A DNA stretch of 64,000 bases from Bacteroidales bacterium. Lineage in GTDB: Bacteria > Bacteroidota > Bacteroidia > Bacteroidales > UBA4417. The DNA lies in assembly GCA_038237165.1 (NCBI GenBank), contig JBBRYZ010000002.1:9395-73394 (forward strand), read 5' to 3'. Made by a program: the position numbers and the translations under genes. Shown piece by piece: positions 1 to 8,851 of the stretch. The notes beneath the pieces are model-generated. The model saw only the letters and a program-made list of their open reading frames with translations, did not search any database and had not been told where the DNA came from. Within the stretch, counting starts at the first letter, position 1; the number at the start of each line of letters is the position of its first letter.

Positions 1-68
1 TGAATTTGGTTTTTGGGAGCTTGGAACCTTAGATCCGATACAAAATTACAAATTGTAGAGTCACAAAT

Positions 69-1013
69 TTATACGATCGAGATCCTGGTTCCGCCATTAT
101 CAACGCCAAGTAATCCGGCAGAAGTAATAATAGCATCGCGGCTGGTATGCTTCACAAAGTGAATGGCAGCGCGGATTTTCGGAGCCATACTACCCTCGGC
201 AAAATGTCCTTCGGCCAGATATTGCTTGGCCTGTTTCACGCTCATACGATCAATGGCTGTTTCCTGGGGCGTATTGTAATTTATGCAGACTTTCGGCACA
301 TCAGTCAGGATGAAGAGCTTATCGGCACTGATATTTCCGCCAAGAAGCGCCGAAGCCAGATCTTTATCAATAACGGCATCAATACCCTGAAGTTTATTTT
401 CGGCAACATAAAATGCCGGAATACCTCCACCACCAACTGCAATTACAATTTGTCCGTCGCGAGCTATACGTTCAATGGAACGCTGGTTACTTATTACAAG
501 GGGTTTGGGCGAAGCAACAACTTTGCGCCATCCGCGGCCACGAGGATCTTCTTTAAAAATACTTTCATTTTCGGCAGTCATGCGATCGGCAGCTTCCTTT
601 GTGTAATATGGACCAATTGGCTTGGTGGGATTATCAAAAGCAACATCATCCCTGTCAACAAGAACCTGTGTTATAATGGTAATTACATCGCGGTCGAGAT
701 CGTGTGCGCGGAGCACATTACGCATTTGCTGCTCCAGGATGTAGCCAATAAATCCCTGCGAATAGGCTACGCAGATATCGAGTGGCATCTCAGGAAGGTT
801 ATAAACCTGGTTACCAGCAGCATTTGCAAGTAAAATATTGCCAACCTGCGGGCCGTTTCCATGGGTCAAAACCACATTATAATCCCTGTTAATCAGTGTA
901 AGAAGACGTTCGCAAGTATCCAGCGCATTCTGTTCCTGTTCTTCAATAGTTCCCAATTGATCTCCTCGTAGAAGAGCATTTCCGCCAAAAGCAACAACAG
1001 CAAGTTTTTTCAT
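69..1013 (-). CDS. arcC: carbamate kinase
   Basis: 314-aa ORF. It has the VVAFGGNALL and THGNGPQVG motifs of carbamate kinases and is full length. Confidence 0.9.
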   Translation of the reverse strand: MKKLAVVAFGGNALLRGDQLGTIEEQEQNALDTCERLLTLINRDYNVVLTHGNGPQVGNILLANAAGNQVYNLPEMPLDICVAYSQGFIGYILEQQMRNVLRAHDLDRDVITIITQVLVDRDDVAFDNPTKPIGPYYTKEAADRMTAENESIFKEDPRGRGWRKVVASPKPLVISNQRSIERIARDGQIVIAVGGGGIPAFYVAENKLQGIDAVIDKDLASALLGGNISADKLFILTDVPKVCINYNTPQETAIDRMSVKQAKQYLAEGHFAEGSMAPKIRAAIHFVKHTSRDAIITSAGLLGVDNGGTRISIV

Positions 1014-1328
1014 AGAGTGATATGTATTGAAATGGCCCTTATTATCAGACCATGGTTATGATTTAGTTTTCATTTAGTATTTAACTTCCCAACATCACGA
1101 ATAATCATATTAAAAATGAAATGAGGGCGCAAAATTAGTGATTTAAACTTCCTGTGCAAGTACTTTAAAAGTTGATTACTTTTTCAATAAATATGCTGAA
1201 TGTTAGATAATTATCCGTTGTTACGGGTAATAAGTATTGCTGCCATCAACAAAAGGTAAATTATGATTGTTGAAATATAGCGTGTAATTTTACAGGCTCA
1301 ACTATTTACCACAATAAGCTTCCATTTA

Positions 1329-2237
1329 ATGCATAATCAATCAAAAGCTTACAGTCTCGCCCTTATTTCAATTGCTTTCTGGTCAACCATGGGCACAGCT
1401 TTTAAGCTTACTCTGAATTATCTGAACCCCGGAATGTTGCTGCTGATAGCTACTTTTACGGCTTTTATTTTTTTGGGTATTGTGGTTTTGATCAAAGGAA
1501 AACTGACTGTACTGAAGAAGATCACAAAGAAACAAATGATCAATTCAGCTCTGATGGGCCTTTTCAATCCTTTTTTGTATTACCTGGTATTATTCGAAGC
1601 TTACAACCGTATTCCTGCACAGGAGGGTGTAGCATTAAACTATATCTGGCCTGTAATTCTTGTAATTTTCTCTATAATCTTTCTGAAACAACATATAAAC
1701 CTGTTGAGTGTGCTGGCAATAATTGTGAGTTTTGCCGGTACAGTTGTAATAGCCATGCATGGGAATTTTACTGAATTCAGATTTTCGAATACAACCGGCG
1801 TTTTGCTTGCCATTGGAAGTGCATTTTTCTGGGCTTCGTTCTGGATCATTAATATGAAAGATCCTCGTGAAGCAATTGTAAAGATGTTTGTCAATTTTGC
1901 GTTTGGAGCAGTCTACATCCTTGCCTGGAATATATACACACACAATATCATCTTACCTCCTGTTTATGGGTTTATTGGCGCTGTGTATATAGGTATTTTC
2001 GAAATGGGGCTAACTTTTGTGTTATGGCTTACTGCGCTCAATTTGTCAACACATACGGCCCGGGTCTCTAACCTGGTATTTATCTCGCCATTTATTTCAC
2101 TGATGCTGGTTTCATTTTTCGTGGGTGAAAAGATTCTTCCGTCAACTGTAATCGGTTTAGCAGTTATAGTTGCCGGGATTGGGATACAACAATACAGCCA
2201 ATGGAGGGAGAAGGGGATAGTGAAAAGTGAAAAGTGA
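1329..2237 (+). CDS. EamA/DMT-family transporter
   Basis: 302 aa, about 10 hydrophobic helices, two-EamA-domain architecture. The C-terminal codons and stop lie in the GTGAAAA heptamer array. Confidence 0.8.
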   Translation: MHNQSKAYSLALISIAFWSTMGTAFKLTLNYLNPGMLLLIATFTAFIFLGIVVLIKGKLTVLKKITKKQMINSALMGLFNPFLYYLVLFEAYNRIPAQEGVALNYIWPVILVIFSIIFLKQHINLLSVLAIIVSFAGTVVIAMHGNFTEFRFSNTTGVLLAIGSAFFWASFWIINMKDPREAIVKMFVNFAFGAVYILAWNIYTHNIILPPVYGFIGAVYIGIFEMGLTFVLWLTALNLSTHTARVSNLVFISPFISLMLVSFFVGEKILPSTVIGLAVIVAGIGIQQYSQWREKGIVKSEK

Positions 2238-2254
2238 AGAGTGAAAAACGAACA
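2220..2254. repeat. heptamer array (GTGAAAA), 5 units
   Basis: gtgaaaa gtgaaaa gtgaaga gtgaaaa acgaaca. It contains the EamA stop codon. Confidence 0.9.
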
Positions 2255-2260
2255 GCTATA

Positions 2261-2624
2261 ATCCTCCTTATATATCAAAAACCTGTAGTTTACGGTCCTT
2301 CTCCTTGAAGAGAAGGTGCCGAAGGCGGATGAGGTGAATAACGATCAGCGATCAGCTAAAATCCTCCTTATATACCAAAAATCTGTAGTTTACGGTCCTT
2401 CTCCTTGAGGAGAAGGTGCCGAAGGCGGATGAGGTGAACAACGACCAGCCAAAATCCACCCTTTATCCCAAAAACCTCTAGTTTACTGTCCTTCTCCTTG
2501 AGGAGAAGGTGCCGAAGGCGGATGAGGTGAACAACGACCAGCTGAAATCCAACCTTTATCCCAAAAACCTCTAGTTTACAGTCCTTCTCCTTGAGGAGAA
2601 GGTGCCGAAGGCGGATGAGGTGAA
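2261..2624. repeat. 4 tandem copies of a 93-100-bp hairpin-containing repeat
   Basis: Copies start at 2261, 2361, 2454 and 2547. Each carries CCTTCTCC-TTGA-GGAGAAGG followed by TGCCGAAGGCGGATGAGGTGAA. Confidence 0.95.
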
Positions 2625-2633
2625 AATAGTCCT

Positions 2634-2675
2634 TTCGATATCCGAAATCATAAATCCCAAATCCGAAATCCGTAC
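2634..2675. repeat. heptamer array (TCCGAAA), 6 units
   Basis: ttcgata tccgaaa tcataaa tcccaaa tccgaaa tccgtac. The array runs into the mtaB -7 box. Confidence 0.9.
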
Positions 2676-2680
2676 CTTTG
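2673..2680 (+). promoter_or_regulatory. -7 box (TACCTTTG) for mtaB
   Basis: TAnnTTTG ending only 4 nt before ATG 2685, which implies a leaderless or near-leaderless mRNA if it is used. Confidence 0.4.
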
Positions 2681-2684
2681 CCCC

Positions 2685-3992
2685 ATGACTTTAAAAAAGC
2701 GCATTGCATTTCATACTTTAGGCTGTAAACTTAATTTTTCCGAGACCAGCACTATTTCGAGGCAATTCGGAATTGAGAATTTTGAAGTGGTTGATTTTGC
2801 CGAACAAGCTGATTTTTATGTAGTTCATACCTGTTCGGTTACTTCGATAGCAGAAAAAAAATGTAAGACTGCCGTTAAACAGGCTCACAAGCGCAATCCT
2901 GATGCACAGGTGGCTGTGATTGGTTGTGCGGTTCAGGCAAACCCCGAAATGTTCAGCAATATGGAAGGTGTTAGCTGGGTGTTTGGGAATGCAGACAAAT
3001 TCAAACTGGGCGAAGTGATCAGTAGCCAGGGTGATGAAAACCATGCTTATGGTCATCACGAATCGTATGTTTCGGAAATAAGTAAAACAAAAGAGTTTAT
3101 TCCGTCATATTCCATGGGTGATCGTACCCGTTCGTTTTTCAAGGTTCAGGACGGATGCGATTATTTCTGTACCTATTGCAGCATTCCGTTTATGCGTGGC
3201 CGAAGCCGAAGCGAAAGCGTTGGAAATACAATAAAAGTTGCCCGTGAAATTGCAGCCACCGAGATTAAAGAAATCATTCTCACCGGAGTTAACATTGGCG
3301 ATTTTGGACAGCAAAATCAAGAATCATTTTTAGACTTGCTGCATCAGCTTGCCATTCTTGATGGAATTGAACGCATCCGTATATCTTCAATTGAGCCAGA
3401 GTTACTCAATAACGAAATTATTGAACTGGTTTCAGTTTCCCAAAAACTGCTTCCTCATTTTCATATTCCGCTTCAAAGCGGCAGCGATAAAATTCTGCAA
3501 CTTATGAAACGTAAATATCTGTGCGAGGTTTTCGCCGGAAGGGTTAAGCGCATAAAGGAGCTGATGCCTGACGCCTGCATTGCGGCTGATGTTATTGTAG
3601 GATTTCCGGGCGAAACGAACGAAGACTTTGACGATGCGTATGAATTTATAAAAAATATGGATATAACTTACCTGCATGTATTTACGTATTCCGAACGACC
3701 CGGCACAAAAGCCCTGGCAATGGAAGGTAAAGTGGATGAACGCGAGAAACGGCGCCGCAGCGTACTTTTGCATGAACTTTCGGAAGCAAAAAAGCAGCAC
3801 TTTTACAACCAGCAAATTGGCAAAACAGCCGATGTATTATGGGAATCGGACAACATTAACGGATTTATGCACGGCTTTACAGGCAATTATGTAAAAGTCC
3901 GGACGCCTTTCGATGCTAAACTAATCAACCATATCCTAAAAGTAAAAATAACCGGCGTAAATGATGATGATACTTGTAGGGTTGAGTTCTGA
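2685..3992 (+). CDS. mtaB: MiaB-like tRNA methylthiotransferase (MtaB type)
   Basis: 435 aa. N-terminal HTLGCKLN MTTase motif and radical-SAM CDYFCTYC cluster motif. Confidence 0.85.
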   Translation: MTLKKRIAFHTLGCKLNFSETSTISRQFGIENFEVVDFAEQADFYVVHTCSVTSIAEKKCKTAVKQAHKRNPDAQVAVIGCAVQANPEMFSNMEGVSWVFGNADKFKLGEVISSQGDENHAYGHHESYVSEISKTKEFIPSYSMGDRTRSFFKVQDGCDYFCTYCSIPFMRGRSRSESVGNTIKVAREIAATEIKEIILTGVNIGDFGQQNQESFLDLLHQLAILDGIERIRISSIEPELLNNEIIELVSVSQKLLPHFHIPLQSGSDKILQLMKRKYLCEVFAGRVKRIKELMPDACIAADVIVGFPGETNEDFDDAYEFIKNMDITYLHVFTYSERPGTKALAMEGKVDEREKRRRSVLLHELSEAKKQHFYNQQIGKTADVLWESDNINGFMHGFTGNYVKVRTPFDAKLINHILKVKITGVNDDDTCRVEF

Positions 3993-4013
3993 TTATAATT
4001 TCAGCTTTAATTG

Positions 4014-4156
4014 GAGTTTCAGGTTTACAGAGTTACAGAGTTACACCGTTTCAGAGTTACAGAGTTACAAGGTTACAAGGTTACAGTCCAATTCCGAAAT
4101 CCAAAATCTACAATCCTGCATCCCTAATCCCTAATCCCCAACGCCTAAACCCTCCC
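4014..4156. repeat. octamer lattice (GAGTTACA changing to AATCCCTA), about 18 units
   Basis: 8-nt phase holds from 4014 to 4156, with one 7-nt unit. The lattice covers nearly the whole mtaB-lgt spacer. Confidence 0.9.
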
Positions 4157-4161
4157 TTTAA

Positions 4162-5337
4162 ATGTTCCCAAAGCTATCCGATCTAATAAACTACATGTTT
4201 GGAAGCCAGATTGACTTACCAATACAGACATATGGTTTTTTCCTGGCTTTTGCTTTTCTTGTCGGAGGAATTGTGCTCAGGAGCGAACTGAAACGAAAGG
4301 AAAAAGAAGGATTACTTAAGCCTCGAAGCCGTACCATTCACCCAAACAAACCAGCCAGCCTGCTCGAAATCATTCCCGGAATAATTTTGTCATCCGTTAT
4401 CGGATGGAAATTTTTTGGAATTATCTTTCAATATCATGAGTTTGCATTAAATCCACAGCATTATATCCTTTCGGGTAAAGGGAGCCTAGCTGCCTTGTTG
4501 GTTATTGCGATAATATCTTTTGCTTATCATTTCTATTCTCTAACTAAAGCGAAAAATAACACACATGATGAGTATGAAGAAATCATACATCCCTATCAGA
4601 ACACATGGAATTTATTGATTGTTGCCATTGTTTCCGCGCTGATTGGCTCTAAACTTTTCGACATTCTTGATAATTTAGGCAGCTTTTTGCACGATCCGGT
4701 TCGCAGTCTGGTTTCATTCAGCGGGTTAACTTTCTACGGAGGCTTTATCGTTACAGTAATTGTTCTGATGCAGTATGTAAAAGTTATAAAACTCGATTGG
4801 AGGCATGTGATCGACAGCGCTGCACCGGTAATTATGATAGGTTATGCCGTGGGAAGGTTAGGCTGTCATTTTTCGGGCGACGGCTGCTGGGGAGTTATTA
4901 ACGCTATGGCACAACCTCACTGGCTTGCCTGGCTTCCCGATTGGCTGTGGTCGTATGATTTCCCGCATAATGTTGCAAATCATGGAATTCCTATTCCCGG
5001 TTGCGTGGGTCAACATTGTATGATCCTTGAAAATCCGGTTTTTCCTACTTCGCTTTATGAATCCATTATTTCGTTCACCTCTTTCGGGATCTTGTGGATT
5101 ATGAGGAGAAAAATAAAAGCACCAGTTGTGCTTTTCGGGCTCTTTATGATTCTGAACGGAGTTGAACGATTTTTCATCGAACATATCCGGATCAACAACA
5201 AATACAACATTCTCGGATTAAATCTTACCCAGGCAGAAATTATTTCAGCTGGATTAATTCTTATTGGAATCGCTGTAATGATTTATTATACAAAACAATA
5301 CAAAACTGGAAAAGTAGAGTTAATGGAAAACAGTTAA
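4162..5337 (+). CDS. lgt: prolipoprotein diacylglyceryl transferase (long Bacteroidota form)
   Basis: 391-aa polytopic membrane protein with Lgt-like FYGGF and GRLGC motifs. The stop codon lies inside a 14-bp repeat. Confidence 0.7.
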   Translation: MFPKLSDLINYMFGSQIDLPIQTYGFFLAFAFLVGGIVLRSELKRKEKEGLLKPRSRTIHPNKPASLLEIIPGIILSSVIGWKFFGIIFQYHEFALNPQHYILSGKGSLAALLVIAIISFAYHFYSLTKAKNNTHDEYEEIIHPYQNTWNLLIVAIVSALIGSKLFDILDNLGSFLHDPVRSLVSFSGLTFYGGFIVTVIVLMQYVKVIKLDWRHVIDSAAPVIMIGYAVGRLGCHFSGDGCWGVINAMAQPHWLAWLPDWLWSYDFPHNVANHGIPIPGCVGQHCMILENPVFPTSLYESIISFTSFGILWIMRRKIKAPVVLFGLFMILNGVERFFIEHIRINNKYNILGLNLTQAEIISAGLILIGIAVMIYYTKQYKTGKVELMENS

Positions 5338-5433
5338 TGGAAAACAGTGGAAACTCTTCAAACCCAAAACAATTGATTGACCACCGAATGACCACCGTAT
5401 GACCATCGTATAACCATCGTATAACCATCGTAT
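5319..5433. repeat. 14-mer (GTTAATGGAAAACA, about 2.5 units) and 11-mer (GACCATCGTAT, 5 units) arrays
   Basis: 14-mers run from 5319 to 5354 and include the lgt TAA stop. 11-mers run from 5379 to 5433 and are the reverse complement of the ATACGATGGTC family at 57138 and 61842. Confidence 0.9.
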
Positions 5434-5482
5434 GACAACCCAATCCACCCATTTATCCCAATCATCTCAAACACCTTAAAAA

Positions 5483-6280
5483 ATGGACTATAAAAACATC
5501 ACCCTACTGGTAATCGAATTAGCAAAAGAAACCGGTAAATTTTTCCTTGAGGAAATCAATAAAGTTAAAGCATCAGATATTGAAGTTAAAGGCCTTCATG
5601 ACTTTGTGAGCTATGTTGATAAAACAGCCGAATTAGCTATTGTTAAAAGGCTTGCAGAGATTTTACCTGAAGCTGGATTTATTACCGAAGAACAAACTGC
5701 AACACACCGCGGCAAACGTTTTAACTGGATTGTTGATCCGCTTGACGGCACAACCAATTTCCTTCACCACATTCCCTTATTTTCGGTTAGCATCGCACTG
5801 ATGGAAAATGACAAGATAGTTGCAGGCGTGGTTTATGAACCCAATCTGGATGAATGTTTTTATGCCTGGAAAGGCGGAAGCGCTTATCTGAATGGAAAAG
5901 AAATTCACGTCTCAGATCAGAAAGAAATGAAAAACACTTTGCTTGCCACTGGTTTCCCTTACAATGATTTTGGAAGACTGGACGGCTATATTGAACTTTT
6001 CACATGGTTTGCACGTAATACATCCGGGCTGCGTAGGTTGGGTTCGGCAGCAGTCGATTTGGCGTACACCGCCTGTGGTCGTTACGAAGGCTTTTACGAA
6101 TATGGCTTGCATGCCTGGGATGTGGCTGCAGGAGTAATTATTGTACAGCAGGCAGGCGGAACTGTAACCGATTTCGAAGGTGGAGAAAATCATATTTTCG
6201 GAGGAGAACTTCTGGCATCCAATACATTGCTTCACCCATCTTTACTCGGAGCCGTAAAGTCACATTTCAGGAAAGCATAA
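5483..6280 (+). CDS. suhB: inositol monophosphatase family protein
   Basis: 265 aa. WIVDPLDGTTNF and WDVAAG motifs of the IMPase family. Confidence 0.85.
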   Translation: MDYKNITLLVIELAKETGKFFLEEINKVKASDIEVKGLHDFVSYVDKTAELAIVKRLAEILPEAGFITEEQTATHRGKRFNWIVDPLDGTTNFLHHIPLFSVSIALMENDKIVAGVVYEPNLDECFYAWKGGSAYLNGKEIHVSDQKEMKNTLLATGFPYNDFGRLDGYIELFTWFARNTSGLRRLGSAAVDLAYTACGRYEGFYEYGLHAWDVAAGVIIVQQAGGTVTDFEGGENHIFGGELLASNTLLHPSLLGAVKSHFRKA

Positions 6281-6309
6281 ATTCAAAAGTTTTTTTGAAA
6301 AAATATCTA

Positions 6310-6317
6310 TATTTTTG
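6310..6317 (+). promoter_or_regulatory. -7 box (TATTTTTG)
   Basis: TAnnTTTG 19 nt upstream of ATG 6336. Confidence 0.45.
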
Positions 6318-6335
6318 CAAATCAATAAGTTTAAA

Positions 6336-6677
6336 ATGTCCGAAATAGAAGTACCTGATCAACAATCACCTGAAGTAGAAGTAATATTTCGCGACAGCCC
6401 GCAGCGAAGCCTGATGAAAACAATCACTTACAGATTGTTTGCTTCGGGAGCCATGTTTGTCGCTATATTCATCTATTCGCATGAATATCAAAGCCTTTCA
6501 CTAGGCGAAAGCATTGGAAATGCAGGATTAATTGCAATCATTGAATTTTTCATTAAGCTGGTGATCTATTACATTCACGAACGAATATGGTCGGGAATTA
6601 AGTGGGGTAAATACTGGCGAAGGCATTACTGGGCACGACTTGCATGGAAAAGAGCATACCGCAAGGCACATAAATAA
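6336..6677 (+). CDS. DUF2061-like small membrane protein
   Basis: The KTITYR...(TM)...IHERIW pattern resembles DUF2061. ATG 6336 is preferred over the TTG at 6315 because a TAnnTTTG box sits at 6310-6317. Confidence 0.6.
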   Translation: MSEIEVPDQQSPEVEVIFRDSPQRSLMKTITYRLFASGAMFVAIFIYSHEYQSLSLGESIGNAGLIAIIEFFIKLVIYYIHERIWSGIKWGKYWRRHYWARLAWKRAYRKAHK

Positions 6678-6733
6678 GCCTCTCTCAGTCATAATATGAC
6701 AGCATATAACCTTGATTTTAGTTTGTAAGTATC

Positions 6734-7237
6734 ATGATGGCTCAACTTGAAGTTATAAAATCAGACATCACCCAACTCGATGTCGATGCCATTGTAAATG
6801 CAGCCAACAACAGTCTTCTAGGCGGAGGAGGAGTTGACGGGGCCATTCACAGGGCAGCCGGACCAAAGTTATTACAAGAATGCATTAGCCTTGGAGGCTG
6901 TCCGACCGGCGCCGCCAAAATCACCAAAGGATATAATCTGAAGGCACGATATGTAATTCATACTGTAGGTCCAATATGGCATGGCGGCAAAAATAATGAA
7001 ACTGGCTTATTGGCAAGTTGTTACCGCAAGAGTTTATCACTGGCAGTTGAACATAATTGTACTTCAGTTGCTTTTCCGAATATCAGTACCGGAATTTATG
7101 GATTCCCAAAAGAACTTGCAGCAGAAATTGCCATTCACGAAGTCCGGTCATTTTTGCAAACGAACAAATCCATTACAAAAGTGTTTTTTTGTTGTTTCGA
7201 TGCCGAAAACTTCGCCATCTACAACAATCTTCTCTAA
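6734..7237 (+). CDS. ymdB: macro-domain protein (O-acetyl-ADP-ribose deacetylase, YmdB-like)
   Basis: 167 aa. [15 protein letters not shown] and [14 protein letters not shown] macro-domain motifs. Confidence 0.85.
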   Translation: MMAQLEVIKSDITQLDVDAIVNAANNSLLGGGGVDGAIHRAAGPKLLQECISLGGCPTGAAKITKGYNLKARYVIHTVGPIWHGGKNNETGLLASCYRKSLSLAVEHNCTSVAFPNISTGIYGFPKELAAEIAIHEVRSFLQTNKSITKVFFCCFDAENFAIYNNLL

Positions 7238-7248
7238 TCTTTTCATAG

Positions 7249-7884
7249 ATGAATTCATCAAAATGGCTCACCACTGCTTTATGGCTGAGTATTATAACTA
7301 TTGTTTATAACATTATCGAAGGCCTGGTTTCTGTTTATTTTGGAAGCACCGACGATACGCTTGTTTTACTTGGCTTTGGTGTGGATAGTTTTGTAGAAGT
7401 GATATCGGGAATAGGAATATTGCATATGGTTTTGCGGATGCAGCGAAGTGAAATAAAAGATTTTGATAAATTCGAACGGCTTGCACTTCGTATCACAGGT
7501 GTTGCTTTTATTGTGCTGGCTATTGGCCTGGTTGCTGGCAGCATTCTTAACATCGTTAATAAAACAAAGCCGGAAACTACATTTGCCGGGATTATTATTG
7601 CAATAATATCCATTCTAAGTATGTATTTTCTGATGAATTACAAGCTAAAAACCGGAAAAGCGCTTAATTCGGAGGCGATAATTGCCGATGCGCACTGCAC
7701 AAAAACCTGTCTCTATTTAAGTTTTATTTTATTGGCATCCAGTTTATTATATGAGTTTTTCAAAATCAGTTATATTGATATTATCGGCTCACTGGGAATA
7801 GCCTGGTATGCATTTAGCGAAGGACGCGAAAGCCTCGAAAAAGCGAGAAAAAATAAGCTTTCGTGCGGCTGTTGCGAAGATTAA
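7249..7884 (+). CDS. cation-efflux-like membrane protein (TM domain only) with a Cys-rich tail
   Basis: 211 aa with 5-6 TM helices. The N-terminus resembles the CDF transmembrane domain (FGVDSFVE) and the C-terminus ends in LSCGCCED. Confidence 0.45.
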   Translation: MNSSKWLTTALWLSIITIVYNIIEGLVSVYFGSTDDTLVLLGFGVDSFVEVISGIGILHMVLRMQRSEIKDFDKFERLALRITGVAFIVLAIGLVAGSILNIVNKTKPETTFAGIIIAIISILSMYFLMNYKLKTGKALNSEAIIADAHCTKTCLYLSFILLASSLLYEFFKISYIDIIGSLGIAWYAFSEGRESLEKARKNKLSCGCCED

Positions 7885-7891
7885 TAATTTT

Positions 7892-7914
7892 GACCTGAGA
7901 CACCAGATCAGGTC
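7892..7914 (+). terminator. candidate hairpin after the cation-efflux-like gene
   Basis: GACCTGA(9 nt)TCAGGTC, a 7-bp perfect stem 8 nt after the stop. It lacks a clean T-run. Confidence 0.35.
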
Positions 7915-8027
7915 CATTTGTATTGGATATTGCTGGCTTCTATTCAGAAAACAGAAGATTCGAAAGTATATTATTTTGATTATCGCAATCTAAATAGCTA
8001 ATTCCCAAATCGTTTGCATATTATCTT

Positions 8028-8588
8028 CTATGCCGAAAGATGTTCGTAAAGTATTTTCAATCCAATTAATATCAGCATTACTCCTCCAAGTATTTCCATT
8101 CTCCGGCCCATACGTGCACCGATTTTTTTACCAAAAAGCATCCCCAACATTGCAACTATATAAGTTACCGCCCCAATAATCCCCACCGAAACCAGTATTT
8201 TAAAATCCAGCAGTGCAAAACTAAATCCAACAATCAGCGCATCAATGCTGGTAGCTATTGCCATAGCAATCATCACTTTAATGTCCAGCGGATTAAATGA
8301 ACGGTTTTCGGGATCGGTTTTAAAACTTTCGTAAATCATTTTTCCGCCCAGCAAGGCAAGAATTCCAAATGCGATCCAGTGATCAAAATCCCGTGCATAA
8401 TTTTTTATTTCTGAACCTGCCAGCCAGCCAAGTACCGGCATGGCTGCCTGAAAAACAGCAAGAGTAACCGCAATTTTTGTGGCATTGAAAAAGTCAATCT
8501 TTTTTAATATCAGTCCGCTGGATACAGAAACAGCGAAAGTATCAAATGAAAGCCCGATTGCAATTAGGAAAATGGTAAGCAGTTGCAT
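8028..8588 (-). CDS. mntP: manganese efflux pump MntP
   Basis: MntP-type LSFDTFAVS motif and 6 TM helices. ATG 8588 is preferred because a -7 box lies at 8610-8617, inside the longer ORF. Confidence 0.85.
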   Translation of the reverse strand: MQLLTIFLIAIGLSFDTFAVSVSSGLILKKIDFFNATKIAVTLAVFQAAMPVLGWLAGSEIKNYARDFDHWIAFGILALLGGKMIYESFKTDPENRSFNPLDIKVMIAMAIATSIDALIVGFSFALLDFKILVSVGIIGAVTYIVAMLGMLFGKKIGARMGRRMEILGGVMLILIGLKILYEHLSA

Positions 8589-8609
8589 AGAATTCTCAGA
8601 AAAGAGATG

Positions 8610-8617
8610 CAAAAGTA
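8610..8617 (-). promoter_or_regulatory. Bacteroidota -7 box (TACTTTTG) for mntP
   Basis: TAnnTTTG on the minus strand, 22 nt upstream of ATG 8588. Confidence 0.5.
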
Positions 8618-8789
8618 AATAAAGCAATCAAATAACTGAGGTTTAAGAAGAAGTTGTACGAATTTGTAAATCGTTTCTCTCTATTCTGATTGTTTAAAAT
8701 ACCGAATATGTATATTGCTTATTATAATTTTGATGCTTAAAACCTCAACCTTATAATTTTAAATTCCGCATGACGGATCAGAATGAATT

Positions 8790-8836
8790 TCAGAAGAAAA
8801 ACGCTGTCAGATCTTTGCAGACGCTGACAGCGTTTT
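8790..8836 (-). terminator. rho-independent terminator after the collagen-like gene
   Basis: 13-bp perfect stem (8798-8810 / 8824-8836), 13-nt loop, then a T-run on the minus strand. Confidence 0.75.
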
Positions 8837-8851
8837 CTGAAAAATGTATTG

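Noticed and set aside
147-833. 228-aa plus-strand ORF
   Set aside because: It is entirely antisense to the well-supported carbamate kinase gene and has no recognisable motifs.
2261-2624. Possible CRISPR array
   Set aside because: The units are 93-100 bp and contiguous, with no unique spacers between conserved repeats. There are no cas genes in the window.
2368-2709. 113-aa minus-strand ORF with the internally repeated peptide HLIRLRHLLLKEKD
   Set aside because: It is simply the translation of the 93-bp tandem DNA repeat. Its periodicity equals the DNA repeat, it has no start context, and it overlaps the mtaB promoter and start.
8589-8760. yybP-ykoY manganese riboswitch upstream of mntP
   Set aside because: A TAnnTTTG box lies 22 nt from the ATG, and I could not find the conserved riboswitch core sequences by eye. 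This is unverified without a covariance-model scan.
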